A DNA stretch of 19,876 nucleotides from a virus (lineage: Duplodnaviria > Heunggongvirae > Uroviricota > Caudoviricetes). The stretch spans positions 1 through 19,876 of the IMG/VR virus record IMGVR_UViG_3300037471_001079; one strand, 5' to 3'. The notes under the pieces were generated by a model. That model was not told the DNA's origin. It ran no database searches and was given only the letters and a program-made list of their open reading frames with translations. A program made the position numbers and the translations under genes. This document shows, one piece after another, positions 6,216 through 13,694 of the stretch (the stretch's first letter is position 1; the number at the start of each line of letters is the position of its first letter).

Positions 6216-8870
6216 TTGATTACTTTACCAAACTCGGTTCTCGTCGACTGTCGGAATTTTACGGATCTGAGATCCAGTCTGATCCAGAAAGTGGCGTCCG
6301 CCAACCACATCGGCTTCGACTTCGAGACGGAAGACGACGGCCGACATGACGGACTCAACCAGTTCTGCGGCTACGATCCGGTTACGAGAAAGAAACCGAA
6401 CGGACGCAAGCTCGTCTTCGATATGCGACGGACGAACGTCTGCGGGTTCTCGATTTATTGTGACGGAGACGATACGGCCTACTATTTCAATCTGGCCCAT
6501 TCTGACACCACAAATCGACTTGAGTTTGCCGATGTCGAGCCGATACTCAAGGCCAAGAGCCCCGAAGCTTGGTGGATCGCCCACAACGCCGCCTTCGAGC
6601 TGACGGTCGCCAAGAACTGTTGGGACTTCGAGCTCGGCCAGAACATCCTCTGCACCATGCAGATGGCGGTGTCGGCCTGGGGTCCAGATACCTACAGTCA
6701 CGAGGACTGGATGGGTATCGGCCGAGGGGGCATCGAGGTTCTGTTCCCTGATCTGGTGCGCGCCTCGATCACAGGCCTGCCCAACCCTGATAACATGGAC
6801 ATGGATGCCGAGCTCTCCGAACTCGTGCGGAAGGTGCTCGCCAAGGACAGCGACGCCGCCCATTCCTGGAATGGTCTCGTCAGATCGATAGCCTTCGGCT
6901 ACGGCCTGAAGAAGATCGTCGCCAATGTGTTCGGCCACAAGATGATGACGTTCGAGGAGTGCCTCCGCGGGCGGGCTCATATGGGCCAACTCACCGGTGA
7001 CGAAGTAACTAGTTATGGAGCGGATGATGCCTTCTGGGCCGTCAAGGTGTTCCACTATCTGACCCAGTACATCATGGATCACGGCGGTGTCGATCTCCTG
7101 CGGACCTTCTACATGCAGGAGAACCCGATGGTGCAGATGTTCTCGAACATCTGGCGCGGCGGCATGCGGGTCAACGCCGAGGCTATCAGCGATGCCCGAA
7201 ACCTGGAGCGCGAGAACACGGCCGAAATCCTGCGCAACCTGAAGGCTGAGGTCAGCAACCTGCTGCCCTTCCCGGCCGAACCGAACGAGGCCATGGTCGA
7301 ACAGGAGAAGTGGTATAAGTCCAACTGGAAGAAGTATCGCCAGAACATCGAGCGCTGGGCTCTGTCTCCAGACAGCGACGACGCCTTCGAGCAGTGCTAC
7401 CAGGTGCGCAGCCCGGTCTCGAATGCCTGGGCGGCGGAGCTCGGCAAGCCTGAGAGCGCCGGCCCCAACTTCGCCCACTACATGCCGGTTCGCGTCCTTC
7501 TCTACGACCTGATCGGCGCCAAGCTGATCAAGAAGCAGGGAAAGATCCAGAGCGACGGCGAGGCCAGGGGTAAGATCCAGGACCGCGTCGAGGGTTCGGC
7601 CAAGGAGATGATCAAACTCCTTGGCGAGCTCGCCAGCGTCGACCAGCGCATGAAGCTGTACATCCAGCCCTACATGCTGCTGACCGACCAGGAGACAGAG
7701 CGGATGTATCCGGTGGTCAAATCGGAACTGGCGACCAGACGCATGTCGGCTGAGAACCCGAACGGGATGCAGCTCGCCAAGCGTGGCCCCTCGACCTACA
7801 TCCGCAGCTTCTTCAAGGCGGACGAGGATGATCACGTCATCGTCGGCGAAGATTGGTCGGCGGTCGAGCTCGTCGCGATCGGTGAGGCCAGCGGTGATCC
7901 GAAGTTCGTCGATGCCTACAAGCAGGTGCCCCACAAGGACCTGCACGTCGGCACCACCGCGGCGGTTCTGGAAATGGAAGTGCCGGGCCTGACGGAGGAC
8001 CAGTTCAAGTCGTTCAAGGGCATGACTGAGGGCATGGCCAAGGACCTGCCTCCTACCCTGCGGACGGACTTGAAGGGCCAGCCGATCCATCACGAGAAGA
8101 TCTACGGCTACTGGCGAACCGAGATCGGCAAAGGTGCCAACTTCGAGTACTTCTACTCAGGCTGGCTCAACCGTGTGTCGGAGCGTCTGGGCTGGGATAT
8201 GGAGACGACCGGCGAGGCCGTCGAACGCTTCCGTGACCACTTCCCGGTCGCAGAAGCCTGGCGCCTCAAAATCATCGAGGAGGTCAAGGAGAACGGCTTC
8301 ATCACTCTCCCTGATGGTCACAGGTATACCAGATACGAGGCAACTCGTGACTGGGGGCATGAATGGCTGCATAAATTCCAGGTCCACGGCAACGACGCCG
8401 TGTTCGGGAACTACAACCGGGTCGTGAACTTCATGGGCCGGAAGATAGCCAAGCGTGCCGGCAACCAGACGGTCAACGCCCGCATTCAAGGCTTCTGCGC
8501 GGCTCTCGCCAAGCGGACGGCGCTCAGGATGCAGGAGAAGATCGGCCACGAGCCCGGCATCCGGTTCATGCTGCCGATCCACGACGAACTGGTCTACTCG
8601 GTCCACCGCGACCTGGCTCCGGACTTCATCCCGCTCCTGCGCGAGACGATGTGCTCACATGATGACTGGTTCAAGACCTGTCGCTTGGACGCGGCTCCGT
8701 CTGTCGGCCTGAGCCTCGAGCCTTGGGGCGCCAAGGCACCGATCGGCCAGGTCGAACTGATGGAGCCACCGGCGGTGATCGTCGGGCCTGAGAGGGCCGG
8801 CAGGCCTCTGGATAGGGCTGGGATTGTCGAGGTCATTGACTACCTTTTCGAAAAAAGAGCATCACTTTGA
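6216..8870 (+). CDS. polA: Family A DNA polymerase with 3'-5' exonuclease domain
   Basis: ExoI GFDFETE, ExoII AHNAAFE, ExoIII YGADDA; TRRMSAENPNGMQL; motif A EDWSAVEL; motif B RTEIGKGANFEYFY; motif C IHDELV. TTG start with GAGG SD. Confidence 0.96.
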   Translation: MITLPNSVLVDCRNFTDLRSSLIQKVASANHIGFDFETEDDGRHDGLNQFCGYDPVTRKKPNGRKLVFDMRRTNVCGFSIYCDGDDTAYYFNLAHSDTTNRLEFADVEPILKAKSPEAWWIAHNAAFELTVAKNCWDFELGQNILCTMQMAVSAWGPDTYSHEDWMGIGRGGIEVLFPDLVRASITGLPNPDNMDMDAELSELVRKVLAKDSDAAHSWNGLVRSIAFGYGLKKIVANVFGHKMMTFEECLRGRAHMGQLTGDEVTSYGADDAFWAVKVFHYLTQYIMDHGGVDLLRTFYMQENPMVQMFSNIWRGGMRVNAEAISDARNLERENTAEILRNLKAEVSNLLPFPAEPNEAMVEQEKWYKSNWKKYRQNIERWALSPDSDDAFEQCYQVRSPVSNAWAAELGKPESAGPNFAHYMPVRVLLYDLIGAKLIKKQGKIQSDGEARGKIQDRVEGSAKEMIKLLGELASVDQRMKLYIQPYMLLTDQETERMYPVVKSELATRRMSAENPNGMQLAKRGPSTYIRSFFKADEDDHVIVGEDWSAVELVAIGEASGDPKFVDAYKQVPHKDLHVGTTAAVLEMEVPGLTEDQFKSFKGMTEGMAKDLPPTLRTDLKGQPIHHEKIYGYWRTEIGKGANFEYFYSGWLNRVSERLGWDMETTGEAVERFRDHFPVAEAWRLKIIEEVKENGFITLPDGHRYTRYEATRDWGHEWLHKFQVHGNDAVFGNYNRVVNFMGRKIAKRAGNQTVNARIQGFCAALAKRTALRMQEKIGHEPGIRFMLPIHDELVYSVHRDLAPDFIPLLRETMCSHDDWFKTCRLDAAPSVGLSLEPWGAKAPIGQVELMEPPAVIVGPERAGRPLDRAGIVEVIDYLFEKRASL

Positions 8871-9070
8871 ACGACATTAAAATTCAGAAACACAAACTCG
8901 CTATCGCGAACGCCAAGGAGTTCATTCGACGTTCCGAGGCGGCGATCAAACAGCTGAAGGAAGACGAGAACTCCTGGTTCCGATCAAAGAAAAATTCAGC
9001 AGCCCTACGTGCCAGTCTCGATCTCAGTGAGAGCCTGGTCGATCTCAGGAGAGGTAACTACATCGCGTGA
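8867..9070 (+). CDS. Small hypothetical phage protein (67 aa)
   Basis: TTGA and GTGA overlaps with both neighbours. The helical SKKNSAALRASLDLSESLVDLRR pattern is reminiscent of a common phage hypothetical. Confidence 0.7.
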   Translation: MNDIKIQKHKLAIANAKEFIRRSEAAIKQLKEDENSWFRSKKNSAALRASLDLSESLVDLRRGNYIA

Positions 9071-10080
9071 CAATCATAGCAAGAATCATCGCAGACAGTA
9101 TCAGTGAGGCGGGTGACCGCCTCACCACCATGCAGCTACGCTATCCGCGCTGGATACACGCGGAAGGGCGGACCCACCGCATCATCAGTATGGGCGAAGA
9201 GGACACGATCTTCGAGATCAAAACCCCCTCGCTCATGGAAGACCCGAACCTATCCAGGAACGCCTCGTCCTCACGAGCCATTCCCACCGAGCGTTTCATC
9301 CAAGACGTTCTCGAAGACACTGCCTATCCTGTTTGGTGGGGCAAGAACCAGCCTGGTATGCAAGCTCGCGAGGAGAACAATGAGTTCGTCGAGATGGTCG
9401 CTCAGTACGACATGAACGACCAGCTTGACTACCAGCTCCTCAAGCTGACCCGCGAGGACGGTTTTGAGGCGGCTCGCGACTATGCAATCATGGTAGCGAG
9501 AGCGTACGCCAAGGCCGGCTACCACAAGCAAATCGTCAATCGGTTCCTGGAGCCCTACAGCCACATCAACGTGCTGGTCTCGGCCACGACCTGGGACAAC
9601 TTCTTTGAGCTGCGGGACCATCCCGACGCGCAGCCTGAGATCCAGGAGCTGGCTCGGGCTATGAAGGCGGCGCTGGAGGGTTCGACGCCTGTGTACCTGA
9701 TGAACGGGAGCTGGCATCTGCCTTATGTCGATCTCGGAAGCGAAGAAGGGGGGCGCATCGAGTGGTGGGCGCGGAACATCAAAGATGACCGCCACTCCGG
9801 GTATTCCCCACAACTTCCACCTGAAAAGTGGATGCACCGAACGGTTCTGCTCGGCCAGCAGATCTCGGTCGCCCGCTGCGCCCGCGTCTCGTACCTGACG
9901 CACGATGGTAAGGAGCCTGACATCCAGAGCGACCTGGCGCTCTATGACCGTCTCGTCGGGTCCAAACCTCTCCATGCCTCTCCGGCCGAGCACGTCGCGA
10001 CGCCGATGCCTGGACGGTGGGGGAACTTCACTGGCTGGAAGCAGCACCGGCAGTTTCTGGAAGAAATCGACCAGAGTTAA
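9067..10080 (+). CDS. thyX: Flavin-dependent thymidylate synthase (ThyX/Thy1), phage type
   Basis: IIADSIS...RLTTMQLRYPRWIHAE..THR...SRNASSSRAIP, HKQIVNRFLEP, NFFELR.HPDAQPEIQELA, SVARCARVSY, HASPAEH. Confidence 0.9.
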   Translation: MTIIARIIADSISEAGDRLTTMQLRYPRWIHAEGRTHRIISMGEEDTIFEIKTPSLMEDPNLSRNASSSRAIPTERFIQDVLEDTAYPVWWGKNQPGMQAREENNEFVEMVAQYDMNDQLDYQLLKLTREDGFEAARDYAIMVARAYAKAGYHKQIVNRFLEPYSHINVLVSATTWDNFFELRDHPDAQPEIQELARAMKAALEGSTPVYLMNGSWHLPYVDLGSEEGGRIEWWARNIKDDRHSGYSPQLPPEKWMHRTVLLGQQISVARCARVSYLTHDGKEPDIQSDLALYDRLVGSKPLHASPAEHVATPMPGRWGNFTGWKQHRQFLEEIDQS

Positions 10081-10088
10081 TATAACTC
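10074..10088. promoter_or_regulatory. Palindromic site GAGTT-N5-AACTC (copy 2)
   Basis: GAGTTAATATAACTC overlaps the thyX stop and ends 3 nt upstream of a -35-like hexamer. Confidence 0.6.
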
Positions 10089-10091
10089 CAA

Positions 10092-10119
10092 GTTGCACTC
10101 ATGTCGGGGATGCCCATAT
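10092..10119 (+). promoter_or_regulatory. RpoH-like promoter (GTTGCA-N14-GCCCATAT), predicted to give a leaderless mRNA
   Basis: Same spacing as 85-112; the expected start site (about 10126-10127) coincides with ATG 10127, which has no SD. Confidence 0.55.
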
Positions 10120-10126
10120 CCCCGTC

Positions 10127-10549
10127 ATGAGCAAGAACACCGGCAAGCCCACCGAAAAGGAATTCGAAGACCGCTTTGCCCGCCTGGGCAAGGCTGCCTT
10201 CCTATACCGCTTCGTTGACGCCGCTGAGGTTCGCGGGAGAACCGGCAAGATCGGTTTCACTCGCGACGCCCCGGCAGATTATTTGATCACGCAAGAGGGT
10301 GTAACCTCTTACGCCGAGGTCAAGTCCACCAGCGATCCCACCGCATTTCGTTTCAGCCTGTTGAGGCAAACGCAAAGCGCAACCGCAGCTATGGTGCGGA
10401 TCGCGGGCGGTCTGTACGACATCTACGCCCACCATATCCCGACAGGGACTTGGTACAAGTTCCCTTACAGCCTGGTTCAGGCGGTAAAGGATGCCGGCTC
10501 TGGCTCTATTCCGTGGAAGAAGCTGGAGAATTTTATTTGGTCAATTTGA
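10127..10549 (+). CDS. PD-(D/E)XK nuclease, RecU-like Holliday junction resolvase
   Basis: GKPTEKEFE (first helix Glu), PADYLI...YAEVKST catalytic motif, LRQTQ; 140 aa; in a recombination context. Confidence 0.75.
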   Translation: MSKNTGKPTEKEFEDRFARLGKAAFLYRFVDAAEVRGRTGKIGFTRDAPADYLITQEGVTSYAEVKSTSDPTAFRFSLLRQTQSATAAMVRIAGGLYDIYAHHIPTGTWYKFPYSLVQAVKDAGSGSIPWKKLENFIWSI

Positions 10550-10692
10550 AAAAGTGGTACTCGCTTCCCGTATACGTCAGAGAAAGGATCGCCGCCATTA
10601 AGGCCCTAACCAACATCCCCAAGAATGAACGCAATCGTTTGATCTCGGAGACGTTGGCGGAGCACGAGAAGAACAAGGCGGTCAATGTCTGA
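10546..10692 (+). CDS. Small hypothetical protein (48 aa)
   Basis: TTGA overlap with the resolvase stop; MKKWYSLPVYVRERIAAIKAL...; overlaps the next start. Confidence 0.5.
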   Translation: MKKWYSLPVYVRERIAAIKALTNIPKNERNRLISETLAEHEKNKAVNV

Positions 10693-11230
10693 CATCGTTG
10701 CGTTCACCGACATCATGGTCGACATCGAGACTGGCGGCACCGACCCCAGTCACTCTCCCATTCTGCAGATCGCCGCGGTCAAGTTCGACCTGGCGACCAA
10801 GCAGGTGGACGCCACCTCGATGTTCGACCGCTGCCTGCGTATCCCGGAGGGTCGCTTCTGGGATGAGTCCACCAGGGCCTGGTGGGCCAACCAGAACCAG
10901 GCTGTGTTCCAGGACATCGTGTCCCGAGCCGAAGACCCGAAGACGGTCCTGATCGCCTTCGCCGACTGGGTCGGATACCAGAACCCCAAGCCGGTGAAGC
11001 TGTGGGCGAAGCCCATCAGCTTCGAATGGGCCTTCATCCAGGGCTACTTCCGGCAGTTCGAAGTTCCTAACCCGTTCCACTACCGGTATGGGCGAGATCT
11101 CAACACCTACCTCGAAGGGAAGGGCGTGGAGGACCCCTTCAAGTTTGCAAAGACCATTCCATTCGACGGTGACGCGCACAACGCGCTTCACGACGTCCTC
11201 AACCAAATCAAGGTTCTTTTTTCATGTTGA
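10685..11230 (+). CDS. DEDDh 3'-5' exonuclease (Rv2179c / phage exonuclease-like)
   Basis: MVDIETGG...ILQIAAVKF, T.AWW..Q, WAKPISFEWAF, RDLNT, HNALHDV. Confidence 0.88.
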   Translation: MSDIVAFTDIMVDIETGGTDPSHSPILQIAAVKFDLATKQVDATSMFDRCLRIPEGRFWDESTRAWWANQNQAVFQDIVSRAEDPKTVLIAFADWVGYQNPKPVKLWAKPISFEWAFIQGYFRQFEVPNPFHYRYGRDLNTYLEGKGVEDPFKFAKTIPFDGDAHNALHDVLNQIKVLFSC

Positions 11231-11490
11231 TGCTTCACTTCGCGCTGTTGGGCGCAATCAATCCCAACCTGACCGTCGGCCCGCGTCTGATCAACACCGA
11301 CGGCGTCCTCGCCTTCCACCTGGCGATCTATGACGAGGTCACCACTGAGCTCGTCGCCTACGAAGGTGAGCCGATCGAGATCTCGGCCACGAACCTGGAC
11401 GACATCTACGCCATGGTCGACTTCCTCGACGAGGCCGCCGACCTGCCGATCTATGTCGCCGGCGTGCCTGAGGAAACCGATTTTGCGTAA
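11224..11490 (+). CDS. Acidic hypothetical protein (86-88 aa)
   Basis: GC3-biased ORF coupled to the exonuclease stop (ATG 11224 or 11230). Confidence 0.7.
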   Translation: MLMLHFALLGAINPNLTVGPRLINTDGVLAFHLAIYDEVTTELVAYEGEPIEISATNLDDIYAMVDFLDEAADLPIYVAGVPEETDFA

Positions 11491-11755
11491 GTTCCTGCTC
11501 AAACTGGCCCTGGCTGTCGGCCTCGGCACGGCTCTCGTCTGGTTCACATACCCGGCAAAGGCCCTCACCCCACTCGGCATGATGGTCCAGATGGATCGCT
11601 GTCCGAACGTCGCTTTGCTGGTTCAGACGCCGAAGGCGCTCGCCGCCTTCGACGCCTGGGACAAGAAGCAGATCGACGACCAGCAGCTTGACGAGGCTCT
11701 CGGCGGCAAGGCTGGCGACTTCATCAAGAAATGCACAGGAGGACGTGACGCTTGA
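11483..11755 (+). CDS. Exported/periplasmic protein with signal peptide (90 aa)
   Basis: GAGGAAA SD with TTG 11483; MRKFLLKLALAVGLGTALVWFTYPAKA is a basic-hydrophobic-AxA signal; two Cys in the mature part. Confidence 0.7.
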   Translation: MRKFLLKLALAVGLGTALVWFTYPAKALTPLGMMVQMDRCPNVALLVQTPKALAAFDAWDKKQIDDQQLDEALGGKAGDFIKKCTGGRDA

Positions 11756-12687
11756 TCTTCAAAACCCTCGGCGACCCCCACCTGGGGCGCCAATTTATGA
11801 ACGGGGTGCCATTACATCGCCGAGGTGAGAGAGAGGCCCAGCAATGGGCCTCTTTTTCGTCCGAGCTTCGATCCGGCGACGAAAAGATCCTCGTCTGCAT
11901 GGGCGATCTGTTCGACAAGCCCATTGTGCCGAACGAGGTGATCGTCAAGGCCGCCGACGCTGTCATCGATGCTTCAATGCACCGTGAGATCATTATCCTC
12001 GCCGGCAACCACGACCTGGATCGAGATCTGACCAAGGTCTCGTCGTTCGACATCTTCGACCGCCTGGTCGATGCCCGGATCGACTCGATCCGCGTCATCA
12101 CCAAGCCATGGGTCTGGAAGCCATACGGGCTCGCCTTCTTCCCCTGGAACCCAATCAAATCCGCAGAGGAGCTCGTCCTTGAGACAGACCTGCACGGTGT
12201 ACACACTGTCTTTGGGCACTGGGATGTCGATCTACGCTCGCCGGCCCATAACCTCATCCCCACGAAGCTCCTGGCAGAACGGGGAGTTTATAACGCCTAC
12301 ACCGGGCACGTTCACCTGCCCGATCAGTTCGAGCGAGATGGAGTGTCCGTTACGGTCACTGGGAGTATGCTCCCTTACGCCCATGGAGAGGACGCCACCG
12401 GCGATACCTACATCACCGTGAGCCTCACCGAGCTGCGGTACCTACGCCCGGAGATCCTGCGCGACAAGTGCGTCCGTGTGGTCCTCGAGCCGGGAGAGAC
12501 GCTCGACTTCGACGTCGACTGCCTGCAACTCACCGTCAAGCGCCTCGACGGAGAGGTGGCTGACATTGCCGTCACCAGCGAGGCGTTCGATTTGGACAAT
12601 CTCTTCAAGCTGGTGTTCTCCGAACATACAGTTCCTCCATTGATTGCGGAACAATGTCTGAGACGGTTCAAAACGATTGGCGCCTGA
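11752..12687 (+). CDS. sbcD: SbcD/Mre11-like metallophosphoesterase nuclease
   Basis: GDPHLG, MGDLFD, AGNHD, GHWD and GHVH motifs; the partner ATPase lies downstream. Confidence 0.9.
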   Translation: MIFKTLGDPHLGRQFMNGVPLHRRGEREAQQWASFSSELRSGDEKILVCMGDLFDKPIVPNEVIVKAADAVIDASMHREIIILAGNHDLDRDLTKVSSFDIFDRLVDARIDSIRVITKPWVWKPYGLAFFPWNPIKSAEELVLETDLHGVHTVFGHWDVDLRSPAHNLIPTKLLAERGVYNAYTGHVHLPDQFERDGVSVTVTGSMLPYAHGEDATGDTYITVSLTELRYLRPEILRDKCVRVVLEPGETLDFDVDCLQLTVKRLDGEVADIAVTSEAFDLDNLFKLVFSEHTVPPLIAEQCLRRFKTIGA

Positions 12688-12917
12688 CGGCGCTGCAAAT
12701 GATGCTCGACCTACCCCTGGTCGATGCTGAGAGGGCGGTCCTGACTGCCCTGGTCGACTCCCACAAGGCGGGTTCCTATTGGGACACACTCTACCGGTTG
12801 GAGGCGGCCTGGGAACAAGCTGGCTCCGACCTCTCCATCCTGATCCAAAACATTTGCGCGAAGGCCCGCGAGGCGGGTCTCGATAAAACCTTTGAGGATT
12901 TGAAACGAAATGTGTAA
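12654..12917 (+). CDS. Hypothetical protein (about 72-87 aa)
   Basis: ORF fills the space after sbcD; start ATG 12654 or 12699. Confidence 0.6.
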   Translation: MSETVQNDWRLTALQMMLDLPLVDAERAVLTALVDSHKAGSYWDTLYRLEAAWEQAGSDLSILIQNICAKAREAGLDKTFEDLKRNV

Positions 12918-13296
12918 TTCTGTAACTGCTATCAAAACGGTTATGAGTAACTACGTTGATCTTTGTCCTAATGGGTTCGCCTATAGAATGGATGACCCGG
13001 CATTGACGGATCGCGAATTCATGACAAGTGATCGCTACGTTCAACAATTTGACCGTTCGGTGGAATTTCTCAATCAAGTTAAGCGAACCAAACATGTTCA
13101 ATATGGGATTTCTTCTTATAGTTGGAAACATGTGGCTGAAAATTGGCACAGACGAAAGAACGTTGATCCGGACGGCGATTATTATATAAGCAGCGGTATG
13201 TTTATAGCGGCTGCTATCTCCATGGGTTTTCTAATCAAGAAGACCGATAGCCCAAATGTTATGCTCAACATATCCAAACGATCGGATAAAGTGTGA
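12910..13296 (+). CDS. AT-rich hypothetical protein (128 aa)
   Basis: SSYSWKHVAE...YYISSGMFIAAAISMGF pattern seen in small mobile/phage proteins; codon usage differs from neighbours; overlaps both flanking ORFs. Confidence 0.7.
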   Translation: MCNSVTAIKTVMSNYVDLCPNGFAYRMDDPALTDREFMTSDRYVQQFDRSVEFLNQVKRTKHVQYGISSYSWKHVAENWHRRKNVDPDGDYYISSGMFIAAAISMGFLIKKTDSPNVMLNISKRSDKV

Positions 13297-13694
13297 TCTG
13301 GCATCCCCCGTCTGACATCCCCAACGTGGCCGAGGGTCGCGTTGGGACCTACCTGATCGCCTTCACCTCCAGGTATAATGACAAGAAGTTCGTCCGCGAG
13401 GCTTGTTATCTGAACCAGTATCCGCTGGAAGATGAAGACGGCACCCTACCATACGACCCCAACGGCGAGGCCGAGCCGGCCTACACCGGCTGGTACTTCT
13501 GCGGTGACTCGCCTCACTACGACGAGTTCTATTCGCCGGTTCGCAACGATATCGACGGCTGGGCTGAAATGCCGGCTCACCCCGGCACTGTGATCGGCCC
13601 TGTTACATTCGTAGGAACATTTTTCGATGCTGACATCTCTGGACTACTCAGTCACTTTTCCGTCGACCGGACGGACACTGTCCAACTCGATTGA
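13293..13694 (+). CDS. Hypothetical phage protein (133 aa)
   Basis: GTGA-coupled; W-H-P N-terminus and GW...P near the C-terminus, as in small phage DUF551-like proteins (tentative); overlaps the sbcC start by 68 nt. Confidence 0.65.
   Translation: MIWHPPSDIPNVAEGRVGTYLIAFTSRYNDKKFVREACYLNQYPLEDEDGTLPYDPNGEAEPAYTGWYFCGDSPHYDEFYSPVRNDIDGWAEMPAHPGTVIGPVTFVGTFFDADISGLLSHFSVDRTDTVQLD

Noticed and set aside
6225-8093. 622-aa minus-strand ORF antisense to the polymerase (and similar shadows opposite the helicase, thyX, sbcC and nrdJ)
   Set aside because: It mirrors a GC3-biased sense gene; such codon bias removes antisense stops. No motifs or SD seen.
10410-10437. Extra CACCATAT -10 inside the resolvase CDS
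   Set aside because: The -35 is poor at 14-nt spacing, there is no palindrome, and the sequence is explained by His-His-Ile codons; kept only as a weak candidate.
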